64,000 nt of DNA from positions 10,156-74,155 of the forward strand of contig DAOWCP010000002.1 of assembly GCA_030639495.1 (NCBI GenBank), written 5' to 3'. Under the pieces are notes generated by a model that worked only from the letters and a program-made list of their open reading frames with translations, was not told where the DNA came from and did not search any database. Shown one piece after another: positions 47,828 through 58,059 of this stretch. The position numbers were made by a program, and so were the translations under genes. Each line of letters begins with the position of its first letter. Position 1 is the stretch's first letter. The DNA is from Phycisphaerae bacterium. Lineage in GTDB: Bacteria > Planctomycetota > Phycisphaerae > Sedimentisphaerales > Anaerobacaceae.

Positions 47828-48703
47828 TTAATTCTCCATCATTTGTTTTACACCCGCAAGAAATTCTTTCACTCCCCCTCGAACATAACCTGTTCTGCCG
47901 ACTAATTGCCCATCGGGATTAAGTATGATAACGCTGGGATAGCCTCTAATATCAAATTTTTTCGCAAGTGCATTATTTTCTGCTGCAGCTTTTTTGTGGA
48001 GCGGTTTTTTTCTCGGGAAATCTATTTCTACCAGCACAAGTTTTTTCCTGGCGTATTTTCTGAAACCTCCTCGCTCAAAGACTTCTTGTTTTAGCCTTTT
48101 GCACCAGATACACCAGTCACTTCCTGTAAAGTTTATCAGTATGTGCCGCCCGGTTTTCTCTGCGATCATTTCTGCCGCTTTGAAGTTATCGATCCATTGA
48201 CCTTTGTATTTGTCTGGTAACAGTTGATACACTTTTTTTAATAAGACAGCCGGGTCATCTGAAGTCGGATTAACCCTGAAAACTTCTTCACCGGTTTTAC
48301 TGTTAATCAGCATAAACTGAAGAGGTCTTTTCTTTATTTTATATTTCTTGACGAATTCTGTGACCTCTTTGAATTCTTGTTCTGTTGAATTACTTTTCAG
48401 AGGAAACTCCAGCTTAATAGCAGTCAGAGATTTTTGAGTAAAATCGATAAAAAACGGATTACTTAAGAGGTTTTTAAGATATTGCTCATGAACAGATTGC
48501 AATCCATTGGTTAATATCAGCAGTTGAGGCGTGTCAGTCTTAGCGGCATTTTTTTTGCCCTCGAGAAGAGAGGTAAATAGCTTAATTGTTTTCGTGTCAT
48601 TTGCGTCAGCAGTCGTATCGTTATTGTTTAAAGCATTTTGCGCCGGGCAAAATTGAATAAACACAGTCAGAATAAAAATCTGAAAGAGTTGTTTCAGGTG
48701 CAT
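47828..48703 (-). CDS. secreted thioredoxin-fold protein
   Basis: Signal peptide. CxxC active site [13 protein letters not shown]. Confidence 0.55.
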   Translation of the reverse strand: MHLKQLFQIFILTVFIQFCPAQNALNNNDTTADANDTKTIKLFTSLLEGKKNAAKTDTPQLLILTNGLQSVHEQYLKNLLSNPFFIDFTQKSLTAIKLEFPLKSNSTEQEFKEVTEFVKKYKIKKRPLQFMLINSKTGEEVFRVNPTSDDPAVLLKKVYQLLPDKYKGQWIDNFKAAEMIAEKTGRHILINFTGSDWCIWCKRLKQEVFERGGFRKYARKKLVLVEIDFPRKKPLHKKAAAENNALAKKFDIRGYPSVIILNPDGQLVGRTGYVRGGVKEFLAGVKQMMEN

Positions 48704-48871
48704 AATGTTTTCCCAGACTAATTATAAGTTAATATAACAACTTCCATGATTGTACTCGTAATGGCGGCAATAGTCAAACATAACCAAAGTTTGGTGAGAA
48801 CATTCTCGCAGTATTTTTTTATTCAGTTAAAAGGTAGGTAGTGCCAGGTAGAGTGGATTTACTAAGAACCC

Positions 48872-49999
48872 TCAAATAGTATTGCTTGTTCTTACTTTTT
48901 GTGTTTTTTTGATTTGTTCGAGTGCGGCCTTTATTCTTTCCTTGCTGGTCTGTGTTTTAAGAGCAATATCAGTTTCCTGAAGCTTGCCGATAGCTCGCAA
49001 TTTTTTATATCTTGCTTCAATGAGCTTATCAGGATTGATTTTTTTGAACTGCTTTAGCGATTTAACAATATATTTTTCTACGTTATAAACCGTGTCATGG
49101 ATATTTCTATGAGCACCGCCGAGAGGTTCTTTGATGACATCATCCACCAGTCCAAGACTATGCAGATCTTTGCTTGTCAGCTTCAAAGCTTCCGCTGCCA
49201 GATCAGCTTTTGAACCATCGCGCCAAAGTATCGCAGCACAACCTTCGGGTGAGATAACAGAATAATAGGCGAATTCCAGCATGGCAAACTTATCACCAAC
49301 GCCGATACCCAACGCTCCGCCTGATCCGCCTTCACCAATGCATACGCAAACGACAGGAACTTTAAGCCTGGACATTTCCATAAGATTGATCGCTATCGCC
49401 TGAGCCTGACCTCGTTCTTCAGCACCAATACCAGGATATGCTCCTGGAGTATCTATGAGGGTTACGACAGGGATGCCGTATTTCTCAGCGAATTTCATTT
49501 TGGCCATTGCTTTTCTATAACCTTCGGGGTTTGGACACCCGAAGTTACAGGATATTTTCTCTTTTGTGGTTCTGCCTTTATCCTGACCGACGACAAGGAC
49601 CTTTTCTCTGCCTATCTTACCAAGACCTGTAATTATCGCCCGGTCATCACCAAAAGTTCTGTCCCCGTGCAGTTCACGGAAATCCTTAACCATAAGATTA
49701 AGGTAATCGCCAAAAAGGGGTCTTTGGGGATGTCTTGCGACTTTTACGGTTTGCCATGCAGTCAAATTTGAATAGATACTTTTCAGTTCAGCTACCTGCT
49801 CTTTTTGTAAGCCACGTATTTCTTCGGAATAGCTGATACCTTTCAAAGAGCTAAGCTTTCTCAACTCTTCCATCTGCATATCAAAATCGGCGACTTTATT
49901 TTCAAAGTCCAGATAATCGCCACCATTATTATTTTTATTATTTTTAGCTGTCATAATAAGCAAATATTTTTTTACACTCTGCTCAAATACCGACTGCAT
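48872..49999 (-). CDS. accA: acetyl-CoA carboxylase carboxyltransferase alpha subunit
   Basis: Strong similarity by eye to E. coli AccA: ARHPQRP, TPGAYPGIGAEERGQ and VPVVCVCIGEGGSGGAL. Confidence 0.95.
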   Translation of the reverse strand: MQSVFEQSVKKYLLIMTAKNNKNNNGGDYLDFENKVADFDMQMEELRKLSSLKGISYSEEIRGLQKEQVAELKSIYSNLTAWQTVKVARHPQRPLFGDYLNLMVKDFRELHGDRTFGDDRAIITGLGKIGREKVLVVGQDKGRTTKEKISCNFGCPNPEGYRKAMAKMKFAEKYGIPVVTLIDTPGAYPGIGAEERGQAQAIAINLMEMSRLKVPVVCVCIGEGGSGGALGIGVGDKFAMLEFAYYSVISPEGCAAILWRDGSKADLAAEALKLTSKDLHSLGLVDDVIKEPLGGAHRNIHDTVYNVEKYIVKSLKQFKKINPDKLIEARYKKLRAIGKLQETDIALKTQTSKERIKAALEQIKKTQKVRTSNTI

Positions 50000-50149
50000 C
50001 TCTTCCGACTGGTCAGCTTATGAGCTATTTACAAAAAAATCCTGCCTGCACAATACAGGCTGGACAAATCATGAATCGCCATATCCATAGGCCAATTCCC
50101 ATCAGGCTCTAAATAATACCAATTTTAACTGATAAATCAAAGAAAAAAA

Positions 50150-50176
50150 TTGACATTCGGCTCTGCTTGCTATACT
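50150..50176 (+). promoter_or_regulatory. sigma70-like promoter candidate for tyrA (TTGACA-N15-TATACT)
   Basis: Consensus -35 and near-consensus -10, but the spacer is a short 15 nt. It sits ~45 nt upstream of the likely tyrA start. Confidence 0.35.
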
Positions 50177-50222
50177 TTTTAGTAGTGTGTATTCTGAGTT
50201 CAAAAACCATAAGGCCTTTATT

Positions 50223-51095
50223 ATGAAAGACTTAAAGCAAATAACTGTTATAGGACTCGGCCTCTTAGGGGGGTCGATTACTTCTACAGTTTTACGCTGT
50301 TTTTCCGGTGTAAAAGTTGTAGGTTATGCGCATAGACCCTCAACTCGCGAAAAAGCCCGCGAGCTGATGATCACAGATGAAGTGACCGGTAACCTCAAAA
50401 AAAGCGTCGCAGATTCGGATATTGTGATACTTGCCAGCCCGATATATATCTTCAAATCGATATTTGCTGAGATAGCAGAGAGCTTAAAAGCCGGTTGTAT
50501 TGTTACTGATGTAGGCTCTACTAAAATGTTGCCTCACAAGTGGGCTCAAAAGTATCTGCCTGGCCATGTTCATTATGTTGGTTCCCATCCCATAGCAGGT
50601 TCCGAACAAAGGGGCGTTGAGTATTCAAGAGATGACATGTTTGACCGGGCAATGTGTATAATAACATCCACCAGCAAAACCAATTCCGCTGCTGCTTTGA
50701 AGATAGAAAAATTCTGGCGTGGGCTTGGCTGTCATATTAGTCGCATGAGCCCGGCAGTTCATGACAGGATATTTGCCAATGTAAGCCATCTGCCTCATAT
50801 GATGGCAGCTTCTCTGATTAATGCGGCAAAGACTGACGAGCTTAAGTTTGCTGGTAAAGGGTTTATTGATACATCGAGAGTCGCTTCGGGGCCGGCAAAT
50901 ATCTGGACAGATATACTGCTCGCCAATGACCGCAACCTGATAAAGGGAATTGATCGGGTTATAAAAGAGTTAAGCAAACTCAGCCAGGCTGTGAAAGATA
51001 GAGACAGAAAACGCATTCACGCTTTGCTTGAGAAAGCAAGAAACAAACGTGCTGAGCTGATAAATTATAAAATTGAAAAGAAGGAACTATTATAG
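50223..51095 (+). CDS. tyrA: prephenate/arogenate dehydrogenase
   Basis: ITVIGLGLLGGSI Rossmann motif and VGSHPIAGSEQ motif. Start taken at MKDLKQ; the ORF-track start at 50187 may be a 5' over-extension. Confidence 0.85.
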   Translation: MKDLKQITVIGLGLLGGSITSTVLRCFSGVKVVGYAHRPSTREKARELMITDEVTGNLKKSVADSDIVILASPIYIFKSIFAEIAESLKAGCIVTDVGSTKMLPHKWAQKYLPGHVHYVGSHPIAGSEQRGVEYSRDDMFDRAMCIITSTSKTNSAAALKIEKFWRGLGCHISRMSPAVHDRIFANVSHLPHMMAASLINAAKTDELKFAGKGFIDTSRVASGPANIWTDILLANDRNLIKGIDRVIKELSKLSQAVKDRDRKRIHALLEKARNKRAELINYKIEKKELL

Positions 51096-53977
51096 TGAAA
51101 CAATGGCGTTTTGAAGTTTTTAATCGCACCAATTGTGTTGACGTGCATGGCGACGGCATTGGCGATGAAATACGTGAATTAGGTATTACCACAGTCGAGG
51201 CGGTATCATCTGCAACTGTCTTTCTGATCGAAGCAGATTTTGATAATAATTTCGCTGAGAAGGTGGCTTGTGAGTTGCTTGCTGATCCGGTTTCTCAGGA
51301 GTATTACATTGGTAAAAGTCAGGAGCCTGTTGGTCTGGCGAAGGCAACTTTAATAGAGGTGCACCTTAAAAGCGGTGTTACTGACCCGGTTGCTCAGTCT
51401 GTAGTGACAGCATTGGTGGACATGGGTGCAAAGCCTGAAAGTGTCCGCACCGCCCGCAAGTATGTTTTGCTTGGTGAAATTTCCGAATCTCAGATAAATG
51501 AGATTTGTAAAAGAGTTCTCGCCAACGACTGCATTGAGGACAGTGTTATAGGCCATGAAGCCGAGCCGCCGAGCCCGCATCTTGAGCCTTATGAATTTGA
51601 GCTTAACCATTGGCCTATACTCGATCTTGATGATGACGGTTTGATGGCTTTGAGCAAAGCTAAGGACCTGTTCCTTGACATTAAAGAAATGAAAACTGTC
51701 CAGACTTATTTTAAAAGCCTTGACAGAGAACCAACAGATATTGAGCTTGAGTCATTAGCCCAGACCTGGAGCGAACACTGCGTTCATAAGACCCTTAAAA
51801 GTGCGGTGGATATGGATTATGACGGTCAGCATTTCAAGTTTGATAATCTGATGAAAGATACCATATTCAAAGCGACTAAGGACCTCGACAAAGACTGGTG
51901 CATATCAGTATTTGAAGATAATGCGGGCGTTGTTGAGTTTGATGATGAAAACGCAATCTGCTTCAAAGTTGAAACACACAATCATCCATCCGCTTTGGAT
52001 CCTTACGGCGGAGCGGCAACAGGGATAGGCGGCGTTATCCGCGATCCGATGGGTACAGGCATGGGCGCAAAGCCGATTGCCAATACTGATATCTTCTGTT
52101 TTGGTCAGCCGGACAAAAAACTAAAAGACGTTCCCAAAGGCGTTCTGCACCCAAGGCGTATTATGAAAGGCGTTGTTTCCGGTGTGCGTGATTATGGCAA
52201 CAGGATGGGGATACCGACTGTAAACGGCGCGGTTTATTTTGATGATCGTTATATAGCCAACCCATTGGTATTCTGCGGCAACGTTGGGATCATGGACAAG
52301 GATAAATGCTTTAAGAATACCCAACCCGGCAATTTGGTTGTAGTAGTTGGTGGCCAGACCGGTCGGGACGGCATCCATGGTGCTACATTCTCTTCAGGTG
52401 AGATGACCCATGAGCACGAGACGATCTTCTCTCATGCGGTTCAGATTGGTAATCCGATCGTTGAGAAGAAGACGCTGGATGTTCTTCTGCAGGCAAGAGA
52501 TGCGGATCTTTATGAGTCAATTACTGACTGCGGTGCCGGCGGGCTTAGCTCGGCTGTTGGTGAGATGGGCGAAAAGCTTGGCGTTGAAGTTGACCTGGAA
52601 AAAGTACCCTTAAAATATGCCGGCCTGAACTACACCGAAATCTGGATCAGCGAAGCACAGGAAAGAATGGTTATTGCTGTCAAACCGGAAAAACTCGAAG
52701 AGATAACGAAGGTTTTTGAAAGTGAAAATGTTCAGTCGACCGTGATAGGAACGTTTACTAATGATAAAAAGCTGACATTGAGATATAAAGGCCAACAGGT
52801 AGCTTGTCTTGATATGGAGTTCCTCCATGATGGCGTTCCGAAATATTCACGGCAGGCAAGCTGGTCGGCGGCTGATCTTTCCGAGCCTAAGTTGCCGGTA
52901 AAAGACAGTTACGATGAAGATTTGATGTCTATACTGTCAAGCTATAACGTGGCAAGCAAGGAATGGGTTATCCGCCAGTACGACCATGAAGTCCAGGGCA
53001 GTTCGGTTATTAAGCCTTTGACCGGTGTTGAAAACGACGGCCCAGCTGATGCTGCGGTTGTCAGACCAAAGTATAACTCGGACAAGGGTATCGCTATCAG
53101 TTGTGGTATGAACCCGCTGTATGGTGACATCGACCCATACTGGATGGCAATGTCGGGGATCGATGAAGCAGTAAGAAACCTTATCTGTGTTGGTGGACGT
53201 TTTGACAGGATTGCATTGCTGGATAATTTCTGCTGGGGCAATTGCACAAGAGAAAAAACTTTCGGCTCTTTAGTTCGTGCTGCACAAGCTTGTTATGACG
53301 GTGCTATGGCTTATCAAGCTCCTTTCATCTCCGGTAAAGATTCACTCAACAACGAATTTGTTTGCGATGACGGCTCACAGATAATCATCCCGCCGACACT
53401 ATTGATAAGTGCGATGAGCATTGTAAACGATGTCAATAAGTGCGTAACGATGGACGTTAAAAAAGAAAATAACGTTATCTTCATGGTCGGTGTGACCAAA
53501 AATGAGCTTGGCGGTTCTCATTATTACAAAGTAAATGGTCAGCTTGGTTGTAATGTTCCCACTGTTGATCTTGAGCTGGCTCCAAAGATAGCAAAACATG
53601 TCAATCAGGCGATCGAGCAAGGTCTGGTCGAAAGTTGTCATGATTGCAGTGAAGGCGGATTGGCTGTTGCGTTGGCGGAGATGGCATTTGCCGGTGGTTT
53701 AGGAATCCAGGCCGACCTCAGAGGTTTGCCGAAAGATGGTGATTGCAACTCAACCGGGCAGCAGTTATTCAGCGAATCAAATTCACGTTACATCGTCGAA
53801 GTTGAGCTTGATAAATTTGACGCATTTGCAAAACTTATGCTGAACTTGCCGTTTGGTCAGATCGGCAAAGTGACAAGTGAGAAGAAACTCATAATTAAAA
53901 CAGATACAGGTCAGGTCGTGATCGATTCACAGCTTAGCGAATTGAAAAACGCATGGCAAAAGCCGTTCAACTGGTAA
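51095..53977 (+). CDS. purL: phosphoribosylformylglycinamidine synthase, large subunit (PurL with N-terminal extension)
   Basis: 960 aa with paired AIRS and AIRS_C domains. Confidence 0.9.
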   Translation: MKQWRFEVFNRTNCVDVHGDGIGDEIRELGITTVEAVSSATVFLIEADFDNNFAEKVACELLADPVSQEYYIGKSQEPVGLAKATLIEVHLKSGVTDPVAQSVVTALVDMGAKPESVRTARKYVLLGEISESQINEICKRVLANDCIEDSVIGHEAEPPSPHLEPYEFELNHWPILDLDDDGLMALSKAKDLFLDIKEMKTVQTYFKSLDREPTDIELESLAQTWSEHCVHKTLKSAVDMDYDGQHFKFDNLMKDTIFKATKDLDKDWCISVFEDNAGVVEFDDENAICFKVETHNHPSALDPYGGAATGIGGVIRDPMGTGMGAKPIANTDIFCFGQPDKKLKDVPKGVLHPRRIMKGVVSGVRDYGNRMGIPTVNGAVYFDDRYIANPLVFCGNVGIMDKDKCFKNTQPGNLVVVVGGQTGRDGIHGATFSSGEMTHEHETIFSHAVQIGNPIVEKKTLDVLLQARDADLYESITDCGAGGLSSAVGEMGEKLGVEVDLEKVPLKYAGLNYTEIWISEAQERMVIAVKPEKLEEITKVFESENVQSTVIGTFTNDKKLTLRYKGQQVACLDMEFLHDGVPKYSRQASWSAADLSEPKLPVKDSYDEDLMSILSSYNVASKEWVIRQYDHEVQGSSVIKPLTGVENDGPADAAVVRPKYNSDKGIAISCGMNPLYGDIDPYWMAMSGIDEAVRNLICVGGRFDRIALLDNFCWGNCTREKTFGSLVRAAQACYDGAMAYQAPFISGKDSLNNEFVCDDGSQIIIPPTLLISAMSIVNDVNKCVTMDVKKENNVIFMVGVTKNELGGSHYYKVNGQLGCNVPTVDLELAPKIAKHVNQAIEQGLVESCHDCSEGGLAVALAEMAFAGGLGIQADLRGLPKDGDCNSTGQQLFSESNSRYIVEVELDKFDAFAKLMLNLPFGQIGKVTSEKKLIIKTDTGQVVIDSQLSELKNAWQKPFNW

Positions 53978-54783
53978 TAGCAAAAAGGATTTTATTAATG
54001 GCACAGGTAAAAGCTTTAGTTTTAAGAGCTGCAGGTATAAATTGTGATATGGAAACCGTTCATGCGTTTGAATTGGCTGGTGCCCAAACTCAGGCAATAC
54101 ACGTAAACGCGATAATAGAAAACAAGTCTGTCCTTGAGCAGTTTCAAATAATTGTTTTTCCGGGTGGTTTTAGCTATGGCGATGATGTTGCTGCCGGTAA
54201 GATTCTCAGCAACCAGATAATTCACCATCTTTGTGAGCCTTTAAAAAAGTTTATCGATGACGGCAAGCTGATCCTCGGCATATGTAACGGATTTCAGGTA
54301 CTGGTTAAAACCGGCCTTTTACCAGGTCTTGACCCTCTCGGCAAACAGCAGTCAGTAACTATCAGCTACAATGACAGCGGCAAGTTCGAAGACCGCTGGG
54401 TTTATCTCGCCCCGCAGACCGACCGTTGTGTATTCATCGAGCCTGGCCGGCAGATATACCTGCCGATAGCTCATGGCGAGGGAAAAGTCCTCACCAAAGA
54501 CCAGGCTACGCTGGAAAAATTAAAATCCGATGGCCATATAGCCTTCAAATACGTCGATGCTGACGGCAATGAGGGCAGCTTCCCCATAAATCCTAATGGC
54601 TCAACAGAGTCAATCGCAGGTCTCTGCGATACTACAGGCAGGGTGATGGGGCTCATGCCGCATCCCGAAAGATTTGTCAGGGGCACCCAGCATCCACGCT
54701 GGACACGCCTAAAAGGCAAAGCCGGCAATGACGGTATGACAATATTCGATAATGCGGTAAAGTATATTCGGCAGAACTTTTAA
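53953..54783 (+). CDS. purQ: phosphoribosylformylglycinamidine synthase glutaminase subunit
   Basis: Class I glutamine amidotransferase with LILGICNGFQVL (catalytic Cys) and a His/Glu in the C-terminal region. The start probably lies at MAQVKALVL (53998). Confidence 0.9.
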   Translation: MAKAVQLVIAKRILLMAQVKALVLRAAGINCDMETVHAFELAGAQTQAIHVNAIIENKSVLEQFQIIVFPGGFSYGDDVAAGKILSNQIIHHLCEPLKKFIDDGKLILGICNGFQVLVKTGLLPGLDPLGKQQSVTISYNDSGKFEDRWVYLAPQTDRCVFIEPGRQIYLPIAHGEGKVLTKDQATLEKLKSDGHIAFKYVDADGNEGSFPINPNGSTESIAGLCDTTGRVMGLMPHPERFVRGTQHPRWTRLKGKAGNDGMTIFDNAVKYIRQNF

Positions 54784-54882
54784 CTGTTTTCGTTGGCAAA
54801 ACTGGCTGTTTTAAAAGACTATCGAATATTTTTACTTGCAATGGATGAAACTTTGATGTAGATTATCCGCCTTGAGAAGCAC

Positions 54883-54955
54883 GGGCCCGTAGCTCAGCGG
54901 TTAGAGCAGTGGACTCATAATCCATTGGTCGCTGGTTCGAATCCAGCTGGGCCCA
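54883..54955 (+). tRNA. tRNA with anticodon CAT (elongator Met, or lysidine-type tRNA-Ile2)
   Basis: Folds as acceptor GGGCCCG/TGGGCCC, D-arm GCTCAGCGGTTAGAGC, anticodon loop CTCATAA and T-loop GGTTCGAATCC. A G1:C72 pair argues against initiator tRNA. The variable loop and T-arm (TGGTCGCTGGTTC...TCCAGC) closely resemble E. coli tRNA-Ile2. Confidence 0.85.
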
Positions 54956-55001
54956 GTATTATTAGAGCTTATGTCAGTTGGTGACATAGGCTCTTTTTTT
55001 A

Positions 55002-56354
55002 TTGCCTGAACATCTCGCAGCAACACAATTAACTAAATCGTTGTTTTTGCCATTTGTCTTATTATCACTACCTATTGCAACCAAAGACCAGCCCGCGTAT
55101 AATGAGCAATATTACGGAAAGACAGAAAGCATGGACGCAAAGAAATTTATAAAGAGATGGCGATTTACATTTATCCTGATATTGGCCGTTACAACCGGCG
55201 CTTTGTTGGGTTATATGATCGGGCCTAAATCCATAACTTTGAAACCTTTGGGAGATGTGTTTTTAAATCTGTTGTTTACCGCTGTAGTTCCGCTCGTGTT
55301 TTTTTCTCTATCCTCAGCAGTAGCAGCAAATCCCAATCTCAAGCGTCTGGGTCGAATAGCAGGTCTAATGCTGATAGTATTTGTGATAACAGGAATAATA
55401 TCATCAACCCTGATGTTGCTGACTGTAAAGGTTTTTGATCCTGCTAAGGGTTTAACAATCGAGCTTGCCCAACCGCCAACTCCCGATACAAACGGCCTTG
55501 CAACTAAAATTGTCAACACTATTACAGTCAACGACTTTTCCAACCTACTGAACCGCCGCAATATTCTCGCCCTGATTGTTTTTTCTATTTTAACGGGTCT
55601 TGCCTCACAGGCAGCTGGTGACAAGGGACGAGCTTTCCGGGAGTTCCTGATCTCAGGCTCGGAGGTGATGGCTCAACTCATAAAACTGATAATGCTCTAC
55701 GCGCCGATAGGTCTGGGGGCATATTTTGCGTATCTGGTTGGAGTATTCGGACCGCAAATAATAGGCTCATACGCCAGGGTAGTCGCGCTCTACTATCCTT
55801 TGGCAATTCTCTATTTTGTATTCGGTTTTTCGTTTTATGCTTTCGCCGCTGAAGGACGTAAAGGTATCAAAAGTTTCTGGACACACATTCCACCAGCAGC
55901 GCTGACAGCATTGGGAACAGGAAGCTCTCTGGCGGCACTACCGGCTAATCTTGAAGCAGCTGAAAAGATTGGCATACCAGATGATGTGCGCGAAATAGTA
56001 CTTCCGCTCGGCACAACGATTCACATGGACGGCTCTTGTCTGGCGGCGATTATGAAAATTGCTGTGCTGTTCTCGCTGTTTGGTCGGGACTTTTCCGGAT
56101 TCAGTACTTTAGCTGGAGCCATCGGCGTGGCGATTCTTTGCGGCCTCGTAATGAGCGGCATCCCCGGAGGCGGATTGCTCGGCGAGGCTTTGATAGTATC
56201 GCCTTACGGATTTGGACCAGAAGCCTTGCCCATTATTTCAATGCTTGGCACTTTAATTGACCCGCCGGCAACAATGATAAATTCTACCGGCGACACTGTT
56301 GCAGCGATGATGGTAAACCGCCTGATGAGACGCAAAACAGAACATCTAGCCTAA
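55002..56354 (+). CDS. dicarboxylate/amino acid:cation symporter (DAACS family: GltP/DctA/SstT-like)
   Basis: Multi-TM protein with re-entrant-loop regions typical of the family (GSSLAALP, PLGTTIHMDG, STGDTVAAM). The real start is probably MDAKKFIKRW (55131). Confidence 0.85.
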   Translation: MPEHLAATQLTKSLFLPFVLLSLPIATKDQPAYNEQYYGKTESMDAKKFIKRWRFTFILILAVTTGALLGYMIGPKSITLKPLGDVFLNLLFTAVVPLVFFSLSSAVAANPNLKRLGRIAGLMLIVFVITGIISSTLMLLTVKVFDPAKGLTIELAQPPTPDTNGLATKIVNTITVNDFSNLLNRRNILALIVFSILTGLASQAAGDKGRAFREFLISGSEVMAQLIKLIMLYAPIGLGAYFAYLVGVFGPQIIGSYARVVALYYPLAILYFVFGFSFYAFAAEGRKGIKSFWTHIPPAALTALGTGSSLAALPANLEAAEKIGIPDDVREIVLPLGTTIHMDGSCLAAIMKIAVLFSLFGRDFSGFSTLAGAIGVAILCGLVMSGIPGGGLLGEALIVSPYGFGPEALPIISMLGTLIDPPATMINSTGDTVAAMMVNRLMRRKTEHLA

Positions 56355-56360
56355 ATAGCT

Positions 56361-56401
56361 CAAAAAAAAAGCTCCCTGTTTTTGAGCAGAGAGCTTTATT
56401 T
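56361..56401. terminator. bidirectional rho-independent terminator between the DAACS transporter (+) and flotillin (-) genes
   Basis: A9 run, then hairpin gctccctg[tttttgag]cagagagc with 7 of 8 bp paired, then tttatttt. Confidence 0.6.
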
Positions 56402-56424
56402 TAAAAACATCAATCAGATCATTT

Positions 56425-57951
56425 TTATTTTTTACCCTGCGGCTTAGCTTCTGCGCTGCCTTTGTTAAGCTTGCCGCTTAAAATTGTCCCCATCAAAGCA
56501 TCGGACATTCCGCTTTGACTCGAACCACCTACCATAACATCAGGCGTAATTCTGATATTCTCAGAAGCTATAAGCTTCATGATCTCGATCAGGGCAGCAT
56601 TATCAGAACCGATAACGTTCGCAACGAGTTCGTAAGCCTTCGCCTGTGCTTGGGCGGTAACTTTTATCATTTCTGCCTGAGCCTGAGCATCGATGATCAT
56701 TCTCTTCTTATCCTCTTCAGCAACTTTTACGCCATAAGCAGCAATTGCAAGACGTTTTTCTTCTTCAGCTTCCTGCTCTGTTTTCAGAAGAGCTTTTTCT
56801 TTTTCAGCGGCTCTTTGCTGTTCTTCAAAGGTAGCTTGCTTTTGCAAAGCGATTTCCCTGTCTGTCTGAGTTTTCAAGAGAGCACCGAGGGTTTTCTCGT
56901 CACCAATATCACCAATTCTAACCGCCAATATCGTGACACCATACTTCGAGAGCTCTGCTACAAGCATCTTTGCACTTTGGGTCTCCTGCTCAGATCTTTT
57001 CTGTACATACTCAAGAGCTTTGACTTTTTCAGCATTATTTCTGAAAACCGCTCGAACTGCCGGCGTTACGAGCTTATTTAAAACAAGAGCATCATCACCA
57101 ACGGTGGCTACGACTTTCGGGGCATCCTGAGTATCGATCCTGTATGTAATTCTTACATCAACAGGGAAAGTAAATCCATCTTTACTACGCACAGTAATAG
57201 GCTTTAAAGGTTGTGCACCCACCCCCTCGCCACGTTCAGTAGCAGCGGTATAACTGACTTTTACTTGCCTGATGCTTACCATAGTAACTTCATAAGCATT
57301 AGTGTTCATATAAAATTGTCCCTCAGTCAATGCTTTGCGCCAAATACCCCTTTGCCCCTCATCAACAAGCCTGTCAGGAGTTTCGACTCTTTCGCCAACA
57401 TTACTTTTGATAACCGCTACCATACCAACCTTAACATTGATCGCAGGCACAGGAGTAACTGTAAATAAGTTCGTATTCAAACGATATTTACCCGGATTCA
57501 GAACGGTAAGCTGTGGCCCTTTATACCCCTGACCTTCGCCTAAAAAATATGCGGCATCACTCATCTTATCAGGGTCAGCCCACGGAGGAGCATATATAGT
57601 ATCCGTTGGTAAGCTTCTGCCATCAGCAGCCTGAACTATCCCAACATAACCTTCCTTGATTTCCGTCACCTTAACTTTAGTAATATCATATTGCCAGGGC
57701 CAATAGAAAAAATGCCAACCCGGCATAAGAACCTGCGATTGAATACCATTTTCGCCATCAACCGCCAATATTCTTCCACTGCTAAGCTTACCGCCCCCAA
57801 ATTTTTTCTCTACAATGCCGACCTTGCTGCCATCGATACTAACCAGCGAACTGCCTATCGCTATTGCTATTACCGCAATAACGATAGCAATCCCTATCAG
57901 GATCGAAATGCCTTTACCAAAATTTTGTCTGACCTGATATACATTTTCCAT
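56425..57951 (-). CDS. SPFH/band-7 domain protein, flotillin-like (YqiK/FloT family)
   Basis: N-terminal TM. SPFH domain. Long E/A/K/Q-rich coiled coil (EEQQRAAEKEKALLKTEQEAEEEKRLA). Confidence 0.85.
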   Translation of the reverse strand: MENVYQVRQNFGKGISILIGIAIVIAVIAIAIGSSLVSIDGSKVGIVEKKFGGGKLSSGRILAVDGENGIQSQVLMPGWHFFYWPWQYDITKVKVTEIKEGYVGIVQAADGRSLPTDTIYAPPWADPDKMSDAAYFLGEGQGYKGPQLTVLNPGKYRLNTNLFTVTPVPAINVKVGMVAVIKSNVGERVETPDRLVDEGQRGIWRKALTEGQFYMNTNAYEVTMVSIRQVKVSYTAATERGEGVGAQPLKPITVRSKDGFTFPVDVRITYRIDTQDAPKVVATVGDDALVLNKLVTPAVRAVFRNNAEKVKALEYVQKRSEQETQSAKMLVAELSKYGVTILAVRIGDIGDEKTLGALLKTQTDREIALQKQATFEEQQRAAEKEKALLKTEQEAEEEKRLAIAAYGVKVAEEDKKRMIIDAQAQAEMIKVTAQAQAKAYELVANVIGSDNAALIEIMKLIASENIRITPDVMVGGSSQSGMSDALMGTILSGKLNKGSAEAKPQGKK

Positions 57952-58059
57952 AAAAAAGCCTCCTTAATAAAATAAACATCTCTTAAAAATTGTTGTTATT
58001 GGAATGGTAACTTACAAAAGCCTGTTATGAAAGCTTTTTATTTATTTAAATATGCATTA

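Noticed and set aside
56515-57081. 188-aa plus-strand ORF antisense to the flotillin gene
   Set aside because: It is a shadow ORF opposite the coiled-coil-encoding repeat region. Low-complexity S/F/L composition.
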